Source: Promethearchaeota archaeon
Lineage (GTDB): Archaea > Asgardarchaeota > Lokiarchaeia > Sigyniarchaeales > SOKP01
Length of the DNA stretch: 64,000 nt
Assembly: GCA_019057795.1 (NCBI GenBank)
Contig: JAHLWS010000065.1
Location: 64,001-128,000 of the forward strand
Direction of reading: 5' to 3'
In this document: positions 9,748 through 19,300 of the stretch, piece by piece
How the letters are laid out: the number at the start of each line of letters is the position of its first letter
Numbering within the stretch: position 1 is the first letter of the stretch
The notes under the pieces: model-generated
What the model was told of the DNA's origin: nothing
Seen by the model: the letters and a program-made list of their open reading frames with translations, nothing else
Databases searched by the model: none
Position numbers and translations under genes: made by a program

Positions 9748-10801
9748 ATATTTGAGTTTTTATAAACCTAAGATAAACGATGCAATAGCATTAATCTATA
9801 ATAGACAATTAAAAGAAGTAAAAAATTCGTTCTTAAAAGTCTATTATTCAGAATTACGCGACTATTTTTTAACGGGAGGAAAGAGAATCCGTCCTTTGCT
9901 TTGTATCGCTACTTATAACGCTTTTAGTGGAAAACAAAATGACGACATTATCTTTCCAAGCGTTGGTGTCGAATTTCTACATAACGCTACTTTAGTCCAC
10001 GATGACATTATTGATAAGGATAATTTTAGACGAGGAAAACCCGCGTTTCATTATAGATTTAGGCAATTTCACATAGAAAATAGCCTTAAAAAAATATCAG
10101 CTGAAGATTATGGTAATTCGATAGGCATTATTGGGGGAGATTCCGCATTTTTTCTAGGTCTTGAAGCTTTTTTTTTTAACAATTTTGATAATAACTTTAA
10201 TCTCAGAGCAATTCAATATTACGAACATGCTTTTAGAGAAATAGTAAATGGAGTTTTGATTGAAATTGATATGGTAAACAAGAAAAATCTAAAAATGGAA
10301 GATTATATTCATATGGTTTCTCTTAAAACGGGAGCTTTACTAGAAAAATCAATATTAATCGGTGCTAATTACGCTAAAGTGGAAGAAAAATATAAGTCAT
10401 ATTTATCGATTTATGGAAAAAACTTAGGAATTATATTCCAGATAATAGACGATATTTTAGGGACCTTTGGTGACGAAACAACAACGGGAAAACCAATAGA
10501 CGGAGATATTAGAGAATCTAAAAAGACATGTTTATTGATAGAAGCCAATAATATGTTAAAAGGAAACGAAAAAATCAGACTCAATGAATTAATCGAAAGC
10601 ATTAATATGACTCAAGATGAAGTTCAAGAAGTAAGAGAATTGTTTCTTAAAGCAGAAGTCATTAATCATAGTAAAAAGCTAGCAGAGACTTATTATAAAG
10701 AAGCTCAAATTGCCCTTGAAAAATTAAAGCCAGTAATTCACAATTCAGAGTTAGAGTTTTACGAAAACCTATTAAAATTTGTATTAGAAAGAAAATTTTA
10801 A
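9734..10801 (+). CDS. Geranylgeranyl diphosphate synthase (trans-polyprenyl synthase)
   Basis: GGKRIRP, LVHDDIID...RRGKP, KTG, FQIIDDILG, DIRESKKT. Confidence 0.92.
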   Translation: MKFTEYLSFYKPKINDAIALIYNRQLKEVKNSFLKVYYSELRDYFLTGGKRIRPLLCIATYNAFSGKQNDDIIFPSVGVEFLHNATLVHDDIIDKDNFRRGKPAFHYRFRQFHIENSLKKISAEDYGNSIGIIGGDSAFFLGLEAFFFNNFDNNFNLRAIQYYEHAFREIVNGVLIEIDMVNKKNLKMEDYIHMVSLKTGALLEKSILIGANYAKVEEKYKSYLSIYGKNLGIIFQIIDDILGTFGDETTTGKPIDGDIRESKKTCLLIEANNMLKGNEKIRLNELIESINMTQDEVQEVRELFLKAEVINHSKKLAETYYKEAQIALEKLKPVIHNSELEFYENLLKFVLERKF

Positions 10802-10937
10802 GTTTTTAATCTTATTTGAGGTGTTTAAAAATTTTATTTTTTTTTTAAAAAGAGTAACCTCCACTCTTCTATTTGGTCAAGAAGGCGTTCTCTTCTTATT
10901 TTATTAAAGATTTATTTTTAAAATATCGAATCTTATA

Positions 10938-11864
10938 TTGATTATGGGACTATTTACCGCGAAAAACATAATAAGTTTTGTTTCCATGGGCCCATCATTA
11001 TTACAGTCAATTGTAAGAAATGTTCCGTTATATGTAAATTATGATTTAACTTGGCAATGTAACTTAAAATGTAAGCATTGTTATTTTTTCTCATCAACAG
11101 CGAAATTAAAAAATAAAAGAACGGAATTATCGGACGAAGAATGGATTAGGGTTTTTAAATACCATAGAAATTTAGGCACAAAAATAGCTGTTTTAACCGG
11201 TGGAGAACCTACTTTAAGAATGGATGTTATAAAAGAAGCGATTAAAATTTTTCCCTCAGTTCAGGTTGTATCAAATGGAGTTATAAAAATACCTCGATTT
11301 AATGAATATAAACAACCGAAATACTGGGTAAGTATAGATGGTACCAAGGAAACTCATGACAAGATAAGAGGAGCAAGGGTTTTTGATAAAGTCATACAAA
11401 ATATTCGGGAGAACAATCCGGTCGTTGTATCAACCATCATGACATTAAATTATAAGGAAATTGAAGATATTGTTAAGATTGCTCACGATAATGGTGCTTC
11501 TGGATTAGTTTTTCTATTTTATACCGACTATCCTGACAGCCCACTTTTAATAAAAGGTAATATATTAAAAAAGACAATAAAAGACATTTTAAAAGTAATG
11601 CGTGAATACGGAAATTTTATTTGTTATTCCAAAAAAATGTTAGAAGTATACCTGTCAAAAGAATTTGTGCCGCATTGTATATTTAAAACTGGTCAAATAA
11701 AAAGTTTCTATCCTGATGGAAAACAAAAGTTTTGTGTCATGGGAAATTCACCACTTTTATGTGACAATTGTGGATGTATCGTGCCAATTGCTGCTTATGC
11801 CTTATTTAAGAAATTTGATTCCAGTACAGTTAATAAAACGAGAAAATTGTTTAATTTCATGTAA
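10938..11864 (+). CDS. Radical SAM protein with C-terminal Cys cluster
   Basis: CNLKCKHC, LTGGEP, SIDG; C-terminal C...CVMG...CDNCGC. Confidence 0.88.
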   Translation: MIMGLFTAKNIISFVSMGPSLLQSIVRNVPLYVNYDLTWQCNLKCKHCYFFSSTAKLKNKRTELSDEEWIRVFKYHRNLGTKIAVLTGGEPTLRMDVIKEAIKIFPSVQVVSNGVIKIPRFNEYKQPKYWVSIDGTKETHDKIRGARVFDKVIQNIRENNPVVVSTIMTLNYKEIEDIVKIAHDNGASGLVFLFYTDYPDSPLLIKGNILKKTIKDILKVMREYGNFICYSKKMLEVYLSKEFVPHCIFKTGQIKSFYPDGKQKFCVMGNSPLLCDNCGCIVPIAAYALFKKFDSSTVNKTRKLFNFM

Positions 11865-12122
11865 TTTTTGTTATTTTGCAAAATTGATTTTTTCTACGAT
11901 GCCATCTACAGCAATAACATGGAGCCCTATGAGATTTATAGAAATAAAAAGATGGATATTGAGGTTCCGGCGAAGATTTGCAAGAATATCAAAGAGAGAT
12001 ACAAAAACCACTAATTCTGTCGTTCTAAATGAGATAGATTTAATATTTAGTTAACATTTTAGATTCATACTCTTTAATAATAAAAAAATAAATAAATGAA
12101 ATAAAAAAGAATTGAGCTTAGA

Positions 12123-13385
12123 ATGAAAAAAATAACTGGAGTAGATATTTTAGACGAAGAGGTAAAGGAAAAATTGACAACTAAAAATATCTATAAAATT
12201 TTTAATAATTTTATCATGCCCCTCATTACCGAAGAAGAGAGAGATTTTTTGGAAGAATTAGAACTTTTTTTGCTCAAAAATATTGAACCTAATATAGACC
12301 TCAATACTGAAGTATACGAACTTTTTCCTATTCTTGGAAAAAAAAATTATATTCAAAGATTAAATAATTTTGGTGATTGTAAAAGGTGCAATATGCGATA
12401 CGAGATGCTACTAGCTATGGCTACATCGATTGTCGATCCTGAACTAGACTTGGCTAGAGTAGTAACTGGCGTAATATTTGCAAATCCTTTATTCCAATTT
12501 GGTAAAAGCGATCGTATCACTGAAGTTTTACATCAAATCGTAACGGGTAAAAAGATCGGATGTATATGTATAACGGAAAAGTACCAAGGGTCTGATGCAG
12601 TTAACATGAAAACTAAAATTCAGGACAAGGGAGATCATCTAATTATGGATGGGGAAAAACTATACACCACAAATGGACCTAACGCGGACTATTTTATAGT
12701 TTATGGCGTATCAGACACATCAGATCCTCGAGGCACAATGTACCAAGTCATTGTTGAGCGAGATTTTGAAGGTTTAGAAACTAACAGACTCGGTATTCAA
12801 TCCGTTCCCCGGGTAGAAATTGGACAAACAATTTTTAATTCCGTTAAAATTCCCAAAGAAAATGTACTTGGAGCCAAAGGTCAAGGATATAAAAACCTTT
12901 TTTCTGGGCTAGTTGCCGAAAGGTGCGCCATCATAGGTTCTAGCCTTGGTATCGCTTGGCTTACGGCAATTACAGCTCTTATATATACAAACATTAGGTC
13001 TCAATTTAATCGCCTAATATACGACTTTCAAGGTGTTTCCTTTCCCATTACCCAGTTAATTATTGAATTAATGGCCGCTACGGAGTTAGGTTTCACAAGC
13101 GCGACAGAATACGATAAAACTATAAAACGTCAACAATTTGAACAACAGAAATACATTAAGTACAACGCATCGTTTAGTTCAGGAGCAAAATTCCTTGCTT
13201 CGAGCTTGGCTCACAAAATCTCGTATGAAACTCAGCAATTATGCGGAGGAATTGCTTTCACAGATAACCTGCGAATCGATAAAGCCTTAGAGGTTGCAAA
13301 AGTGCAAGAGATTATTGGTGGGGCTAGAAATATACAACTCTATTTAGTGAGTCGAGCAATAAAAGATATGATTTCTTTTTTGTAA
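12123..13385 (+). CDS. Acyl-CoA dehydrogenase family protein
   Basis: CITEKYQGSD, GEKLYTTNG, RSQFNRLIYDFQGV, QLCGGIAF, GGARNIQ. Confidence 0.88.
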   Translation: MKKITGVDILDEEVKEKLTTKNIYKIFNNFIMPLITEEERDFLEELELFLLKNIEPNIDLNTEVYELFPILGKKNYIQRLNNFGDCKRCNMRYEMLLAMATSIVDPELDLARVVTGVIFANPLFQFGKSDRITEVLHQIVTGKKIGCICITEKYQGSDAVNMKTKIQDKGDHLIMDGEKLYTTNGPNADYFIVYGVSDTSDPRGTMYQVIVERDFEGLETNRLGIQSVPRVEIGQTIFNSVKIPKENVLGAKGQGYKNLFSGLVAERCAIIGSSLGIAWLTAITALIYTNIRSQFNRLIYDFQGVSFPITQLIIELMAATELGFTSATEYDKTIKRQQFEQQKYIKYNASFSSGAKFLASSLAHKISYETQQLCGGIAFTDNLRIDKALEVAKVQEIIGGARNIQLYLVSRAIKDMISFL

Positions 13386-13407
13386 TAGCTCTAATGTTCT
13401 TTTAAAA

Positions 13408-14025
13408 TTAATCAGTAACCTCAGATTCACTAAGTTGTTTAATTAATATCGGTATAGCTTCATCAATCGTTTCTTTAACTTTAGCACCTAAACATACTAT
13501 TTTTCCTGAAGAAAAAATTAAAAAAACTACCTTTGGCTCCTGCATTTTGTAAATTGCTGCGGGAAATACTTCAGGTTCGTACATAACATTGTCCATCATA
13601 ATAGTTAACATATTCAAATCAACATTCATATTCAAACTACTAGTTGCTACAATATTTTGAATGATAATTTTTGGATTTTTTATTTTGAATCCAATGTTTT
13701 GTATCTTTTCAATCGCTTGTTGAGCTGCTAAGTTAGCATCTGTGGTTTTTTTAAGACCAGTAATTACCATTTTACCCGAAGAAAAAATTAATAAAGTAGC
13801 ATGTGGATTTTCAAGTCTCATAATAAGCCCTGGAAAACGATCAGGATTATATTCCACATTGGAGGTCCCTTGAATTATTTGATTTAAATCAAGCGCACAT
13901 TCAATTTCGGTAATAACTGTAGCTACAACATTTACAACTTTATATGAGATTTCAAGCTTATCACCGCGATGATTACTCCCCAAATCTCCAATTGTAAGCT
14001 TATCCTCAAGGTTTTCTTCGCTAAT
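13408..14025 (-). CDS. tbp: TATA-box binding protein (probable ATT start at 14025; ORF track starts at TTG 13983)
   Basis: Two repeats NVVAT...YNPDRFPG...LIFSSGKMVITG and NIVAT...YEPEVFP...LIFSSGKIVCLGAK; GAGGAG 7 nt upstream of in-frame ATT. Confidence 0.93.
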   Translation of the reverse strand: MSEENLEDKLTIGDLGSNHRGDKLEISYKVVNVVATVITEIECALDLNQIIQGTSNVEYNPDRFPGLIMRLENPHATLLIFSSGKMVITGLKKTTDANLAAQQAIEKIQNIGFKIKNPKIIIQNIVATSSLNMNVDLNMLTIMMDNVMYEPEVFPAAIYKMQEPKVVFLIFSSGKIVCLGAKVKETIDEAIPILIKQLSESEVTD

Positions 14026-14256
14026 ATTTTATCTCCTCTATATATTTGTATTAAACTGATGTATTATGACTCAAAAAAAATTTAATAAGATGAATTATAT
14101 TTAAAATAATTAATATTTTATAAATTAAATGAACCATCCCAATTTAACTTTTTCATCATTTTTTTTTTAACATAATTTAGAGAAAAATAGATAATATCTA
14201 AAAATAATTAAAGAATTATATTATAACTCTAATTAATTAAAATAACTTAAACTCCA

Positions 14257-14823
14257 TTGGTGAAAAATTTGGTTTTATTGGTTGCTATTACGGGCGCTAG
14301 TGGTGCTAACCTAGCGATTATCTTGCTACAACAACTGAAGAAAAAAGAAGTTGAAACTGAATTAATAATATCAAAAGTAGCTGAGAAAATCATTGACATT
14401 GAAACTGATTATAAACTAACTGAAATAATTGATTTATCAACAAAGTATTATGATGTTGATGATTTAACGGCAAACCCCGCCAGTGGTTCTTATAAAATTG
14501 ATGCAATGGTAATTATTCCGTGCTCGATGAAATCCTTGGCTTCTATTGCTAATGGTTATGCAGATAACTTAATAACCAGAGCCGCAGATGTAACAATTAA
14601 AGAACGAAGAAAACTCATCTTAGTAGTTCGAGAAACTCCTTTCAGTGCGATTCACCTTGAAAATATGCTTAAATTAGCAAGAATTGGAGTTATAATCGCG
14701 CCTCCAATTCCTTCTTATTATATCAAACCTGAGAGTATTAATCAACTTAACGAATATTTCGTAGGAAGAATACTTGATCATATAGGTATTGAAAGCGGGA
14801 TAAAGAGATGGGGGAGCTATTGA
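14257..14823 (+). CDS. ubiX: Flavin prenyltransferase UbiX
   Basis: AITGASG, PASGS, PCSMKSLASIANG, RAADVTIKERRKLILVVRETP. Confidence 0.93.
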   Translation: MVKNLVLLVAITGASGANLAIILLQQLKKKEVETELIISKVAEKIIDIETDYKLTEIIDLSTKYYDVDDLTANPASGSYKIDAMVIIPCSMKSLASIANGYADNLITRAADVTIKERRKLILVVRETPFSAIHLENMLKLARIGVIIAPPIPSYYIKPESINQLNEYFVGRILDHIGIESGIKRWGSY

Positions 14824-16721
14824 TTTACCCATTGATATAGTTCTCCAAGCAGAACTCGCTTGTCCTTATTGTCCTTAAGATTTTCTACGTTTGTTATATT
14901 CGTTAACCATAAGGAAGAACGCAACTCGTCTTTCAATGTTTTTATTTCTTTAATTGTGTGAATAGAAGTACTGTTGTTGTAATCTTTCCAAGCGGATAAT
15001 AGAAATTTATAAGCAAATCCTCCGATATCAGCGCCTAATGCGATGCTTTTAGCGATATCTACTCCATTCCTTAGACCACCAGTTGCTATAATCAATTTTT
15101 TAGTAACTTCTCTTACATAAATAATGGTTAGAGGTGTGGGGATACCCCATTCTCTAAAAGAATCTGCGAGTCTTCTCGTATATTTTTCAAAACTAAAATT
15201 ATCTCGGTGAGATTCAATTGCAGCAAAACTAGTACCTCCAGTGCCTCCGACATCAAATCCATCGAAACCTATTGAATCAAGACTCAAAGCTAATTCCTTA
15301 TTGAAGCCAGTTCCCACTTCTTTGGCGATTATTGGAATGTTAATTTCTTTTCGAATTTTTTGAAATTTTTCAAAGAAATTTTTATAAGATATGTTTCCGT
15401 TGCTTTGGACTAATTCGTGTAAAGCATTAAAATGAATGGCCATTACATCTGCTTTTACCATTTCAATACATTCAATAAAGTCTTCTTTTTTAAAAGTGGA
15501 AGAATTGATTTGGCCGATTCCTATATTTCCAATTATTGGAATGTTAGGCGCAACTTCACGAACAATCTCAAAAGACTCAAGGGTAGAGGGATCTTCCAAG
15601 CCTATGCGTTGACTTCCTACGCTCATTATAATGTTTTCTTCTTCTGCAGCTTTAGCTAAAATTCTGTTTATTGCTTTAGAGATTGGATGCCCACCGGTTA
15701 TAGCGGAAATACAAATTGGAGCGGAAATCTTTTTATTAAAAAACATTGTTGCGATGTCAATATCATCTAATTCGACTTCCGGAAGCGAATGATGAATTAA
15801 TTTTATGTCATCAAAATAGTTTTTTACGTGTTGGACATTAGATATGATTGGAATCTTGAGGTGTTCTAACTTTCTCATATAAATCTCTGATAACCTTTTT
15901 TCGTCATGAATTCCACTAATGTTCGTACAGATTAATTTTTGATTGCTTAAGGCCTTAAAGATGTTACCGTCAGTCAGACCGTTTATAACCTGAACTGGAA
16001 TATTTAATCTACAAATTTCTTTAATCGCATGAATTTTTCCTCTAATACTTCCAGTAACATCAATCTTATTTCCTAAATCGGCTAATTTAATTTTATCTAA
16101 CTCTTCAAGACTAATTTCTGAGGCTAATTTTATATTTTTTTTATCATTTTTAATATCTTCAACAAAAATTCCATCTTTGTCAACAGCAAAAATAACTTTA
16201 GAAATACAATATTTTTTCAAGTTTTTACACAATTCTAAAATTATGCGATCTCCAGAAATTATTGAAAAATTGCCTTCTTTATCAAGAATAATATCCCCAT
16301 ATAAAACGGGTAGAATTCCAAGATCAAGCGAAGTTTCAATTGGCTCAATAGATTCAAAAAAAATCTCGTTTAAATGTTTGATAAAAATACTTGAAGGTTG
16401 AATGGAAAGAGCGGGATACTTATTTTCTAAAAACTCTTCAATTATTTGCGAATTGAATTTAATCATCGCTTCGTGCGTTTTAGTTAGCCCAAATATCTGA
16501 TTCTTAATAGAAATATTGAGTCCTTGAGAAATGTTATATTTTTTAGCAATCGGGTGTCCAAAGGAACCTCCTCCATGGATTAAGATTAACTTTTTATTAG
16601 CATCTATTATTTGTTGAATTGCGCTTTTTACAACTTCTTTTCTGATAGAAAAAGGAATATTTTTATCAGTTAATAAACTTCCACCCAATTTTAACAGAAA
16701 TATTTCGTTACTATTTTTCAA
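14817..16721 (-). CDS. fni: Fused isopentenyl phosphate kinase / type 2 IPP isomerase
   Basis: N-term LKLGGSLLTDK, HGGGSFGH, SGD, DVTG (IPK); C-term RKLEH, AITGG, GSQR, KEVGTG, GGTSFAAIE, WGIPT, ATGGLRNG (IDI-2). Confidence 0.9.
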   Translation of the reverse strand: MKNSNEIFLLKLGGSLLTDKNIPFSIRKEVVKSAIQQIIDANKKLILIHGGGSFGHPIAKKYNISQGLNISIKNQIFGLTKTHEAMIKFNSQIIEEFLENKYPALSIQPSSIFIKHLNEIFFESIEPIETSLDLGILPVLYGDIILDKEGNFSIISGDRIILELCKNLKKYCISKVIFAVDKDGIFVEDIKNDKKNIKLASEISLEELDKIKLADLGNKIDVTGSIRGKIHAIKEICRLNIPVQVINGLTDGNIFKALSNQKLICTNISGIHDEKRLSEIYMRKLEHLKIPIISNVQHVKNYFDDIKLIHHSLPEVELDDIDIATMFFNKKISAPICISAITGGHPISKAINRILAKAAEEENIIMSVGSQRIGLEDPSTLESFEIVREVAPNIPIIGNIGIGQINSSTFKKEDFIECIEMVKADVMAIHFNALHELVQSNGNISYKNFFEKFQKIRKEINIPIIAKEVGTGFNKELALSLDSIGFDGFDVGGTGGTSFAAIESHRDNFSFEKYTRRLADSFREWGIPTPLTIIYVREVTKKLIIATGGLRNGVDIAKSIALGADIGGFAYKFLLSAWKDYNNSTSIHTIKEIKTLKDELRSSLWLTNITNVENLKDNKDKRVLLGELYQWVNQ

Positions 16722-16734
16722 TTTTAATTAACAC

Positions 16735-17701
16735 TCATCCTATCATTGTTCTCCAGGCGTCATAGCCTTCTTTTTCGATAGCCTTGGCGATAGATTCTTG
16801 TATTTCTTCATTTTCTGCTAAAGCGATTACTAAACCACCCCGACCCGTCCCCGTCATTTTAGCTCCAACCGCTCCATTTTTTAGTGCTATTTCTACCAAT
16901 TTATCGTTTATTTCTCCTGAAACTGTGATTCTTTGAAGTAATTTGTGGTTTTGATTCATTAATTTGCCTATAGTGGTAATATCACCTTCAAGCAATGCTT
17001 TTTTTGCTTTTTCTGATAAATCCTTATATTCGTTTAGTATCTTCTCAAATTCTTCTGAATTAGTTTCCTTTAAACGCCGAACATCAGCAACTACTTCCGT
17101 TGTTGAAGCTGTTATTCCTGAATTTGCGATTGTCAAGAGCATCTTTCTTGGCGATTGAAGGAAGTCCATCGTATTTTTTCCACCACTTAAATTTTTCACA
17201 AACCAAATCAAACCACCATAAGTCGAAGCCGTGTTATCAATACCAGAAGGGGTTCCGTGATAAGCCTTCTCTCCTTCGTAAGCGGCTTCGTTTATCTTTT
17301 CATCGTCTAACTTTAGATTAAAGCTATCGTTGATTGCACGAGCGAGAGAAGTACATTGAGCGGCAGAAGCACCAACTCCACTCGTAGCGATTAAATCTCC
17401 TGTGAAAGTGATTTCAAGTTTTTGACTCTCTGTATCTATTTTTAAATAATGGACTACATTGCGAATAGATTGCATTGCCTCATCGTATTTCTTTTTTTTA
17501 TAACCCGGTGTAGCGGGTCTCTGATCGTCGACAGTCCAGTTTTGTCCATTAACAACTTTAACATCTGCGGTTGTATAGGAACCTAATGCCGAAGCAATAG
17601 CGGGAAGACCATAAACTACAAAATGATTGCGTCTACTTCCGAAGTTGGAAGTAAATTTCGCCAAAAAGAATGGTCTTACCATATCCTTTTCCAGTTCCCG
17701 T
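16735..17701 (-). CDS. mvk: Mevalonate kinase, spliced: complement(join(16735..17625,17657..17701)), 311 aa, ACG at the start position
   Basis: Spliced N-terminus GTGKGYGKTILFGEHFVVYGLPAIA; GVGASAA, HGTPSGIDN, GAKMTGTGRGG GHMP motifs. Confidence 0.9.
17626..17656 (-). other. 31-nt BHB-type intron in mvk
   Basis: Minus strand GGCG-AA^A-TTTACTTCC-AACTTC-GGAAGTAGA-CGCA-AT^C: 9-bp inner stem (one G-U), central helix of 3 bp plus G.A, two 3-nt bulges; removal gives GGC GAA CAT TTT (GEHF). Confidence 0.83.
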
Positions 17702-18091
17702 TTATTTCACCTCCACAGTACCTTTTGAACCATTTACAATTATTTTTTGTCCAGTTTTAATACAATTAATATCAATTTTATCTACGCATGGAATTTCACT
17801 AATTATGCAACCCACCGCTATTATAGTATCGATCTCTTCGTTTACGATTGCTACTGGAGCCATGTTGTTTTTTTTCATCCGGTACATCGTATACGACCCT
17901 ACAGTCGAGCCTTTACCAGTAGGAAAGACTAGAACTTTTCCTGTAATGGATTGTCCCTCAAGATCGTGCCCAACCTCAACAACCATACCGGTGTCCGGAT
18001 CTATGCCACCATAAAATGAAATCCCATCTTTAGTTACTATCGCTTCTGCCTCAGCAATTCCTTTATAGATTTTTCTTCCTTTTAGCTTCAT
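17702..18091 (-). CDS. Phosphomevalonate dehydratase small subunit (AcnX swivel domain, DUF126)
   Basis: ISFYGGIDPDTG, GKVLVFPTGKGSTVGSY; operon context. Confidence 0.9.
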   Translation of the reverse strand: MKLKGRKIYKGIAEAEAIVTKDGISFYGGIDPDTGMVVEVGHDLEGQSITGKVLVFPTGKGSTVGSYTMYRMKKNNMAPVAIVNEEIDTIIAVGCIISEIPCVDKIDINCIKTGQKIIVNGSKGTVEVK

Positions 18092-19296
18092 TTAATCGCC
18101 TCCTCAACGCATTGTTCCATTGAGCCAATTTTTACTTTGAATTTATTCTTTGCGCGTCCGTAATAACACGCCTTTGCTGAATCTACCATGATTCCCTTGA
18201 AGCGCCCCTTAATTGGAGCAACAACGCAACAGGTATCTGCAGCAAATTTTGCTCCAGCATCTTCAATAATTTTAGAATAACCAGCTTCGTCTGCGATTTT
18301 CTTTGTAGGTCGAGCAGTAGTAATCCAAAATTCTTTCTTTACTTTTTTTCCTTCTAACAATTTTGCAATTTTAGCGATTTCGTGAATTGAAGCGTGAGGA
18401 CAACCTAGACTTACAAAATCTATCTCAAGATCATCGTCAATAAGCTCAGCACGAGTCTTATCTAAATCGTCCTGATTAATTTCAATAACAATTTCACTTG
18501 GTTTAGTGTATTTATTATACTCGGGAGTAATTCCTTCCATATGGAATAATGCTGTTCCACCATAGGTAGCGACGGAAGCGCAAAAAGACTTAAGCTCTTC
18601 AACGGTAGCAGAAGGGATTCCCGCAATATAAGGGACTTTTTTTCCTAGTTTTACTAGTTTATCGCCAATCAATTTTCCCAGCACGCCAAATTCGTCAGTA
18701 TTTTTAATCGAAGCGTTTATCTTAAACAAGACTTGGGCGTGACGATTTTCGTCCAAATGATAACCGTATTTAGGCGTTTTACCGGTTAAAGCCGCTGCCA
18801 ATGCGCTTGGTCCCCCCTCTCGATTCGTTCGAGCCCCAATAACGGAGTTGGAATAACAAACAGCGCTACTTTCGGCCCAAGCAATGTGTTGGCCATAATG
18901 AGGCGCGTTTCCAATTAAATAAGGTGTACAAGAACACGTCGTAATTATTCCCATTTTTGCAAAAACATCTATAGCACGATTCTGATTTTTAGCAAATTCT
19001 TCGTCAATTCCTAACGCTCTCCAATTTTCCCGATCCATTCCAGCGGGATTTAAAGTAGTTAAAACTCTGACCTTCCCATCTTCTGCCATTTCGTTTAAGA
19101 ATTCCAACCCTGCTTCGCCAAGATTAGCGTAGGAAACTCCTGCTATTTGAACTCCATGAACATCAACCATACATTCAGCACCAAATATTTCGCCTAATGT
19201 GGTTAATATTTCCATGGATTTCTGGACGGACTTTCCATGCTTTCCATCAAGCATATCTTTTTCTATTTGTTCTAATCTCATAATCCTCAATTGCAT
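18088..19296 (-). CDS. Phosphomevalonate dehydratase large subunit (aconitase X catalytic, DUF521)
   Basis: TTLNP, CSCTPY, WAESSAV, GARTNRE, GCPH, DTCCVV, DSAKA. Confidence 0.9.
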   Translation of the reverse strand: MQLRIMRLEQIEKDMLDGKHGKSVQKSMEILTTLGEIFGAECMVDVHGVQIAGVSYANLGEAGLEFLNEMAEDGKVRVLTTLNPAGMDRENWRALGIDEEFAKNQNRAIDVFAKMGIITTCSCTPYLIGNAPHYGQHIAWAESSAVCYSNSVIGARTNREGGPSALAAALTGKTPKYGYHLDENRHAQVLFKINASIKNTDEFGVLGKLIGDKLVKLGKKVPYIAGIPSATVEELKSFCASVATYGGTALFHMEGITPEYNKYTKPSEIVIEINQDDLDKTRAELIDDDLEIDFVSLGCPHASIHEIAKIAKLLEGKKVKKEFWITTARPTKKIADEAGYSKIIEDAGAKFAADTCCVVAPIKGRFKGIMVDSAKACYYGRAKNKFKVKIGSMEQCVEEAIK

Positions 19297-19300
19297 TTTA

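Noticed and set aside
10849-10897. Two short hairpins between GGPPS and radical SAM genes
   Set aside because: 6-bp stems, no BHB geometry and no interrupted reading frame; function unsupported
11716-12054. 112-aa ORF overlapping the radical SAM 3' end, and similar short nested or antisense ORFs throughout the track
   Set aside because: They overlap well-supported genes and have no recognisable motifs
17626-17682. ORF-track N-terminus of MVK (MVRPFFLAKF...)
   Set aside because: Off-frame read through the intron; lacks the conserved GK..LFGE motif present in the other frame
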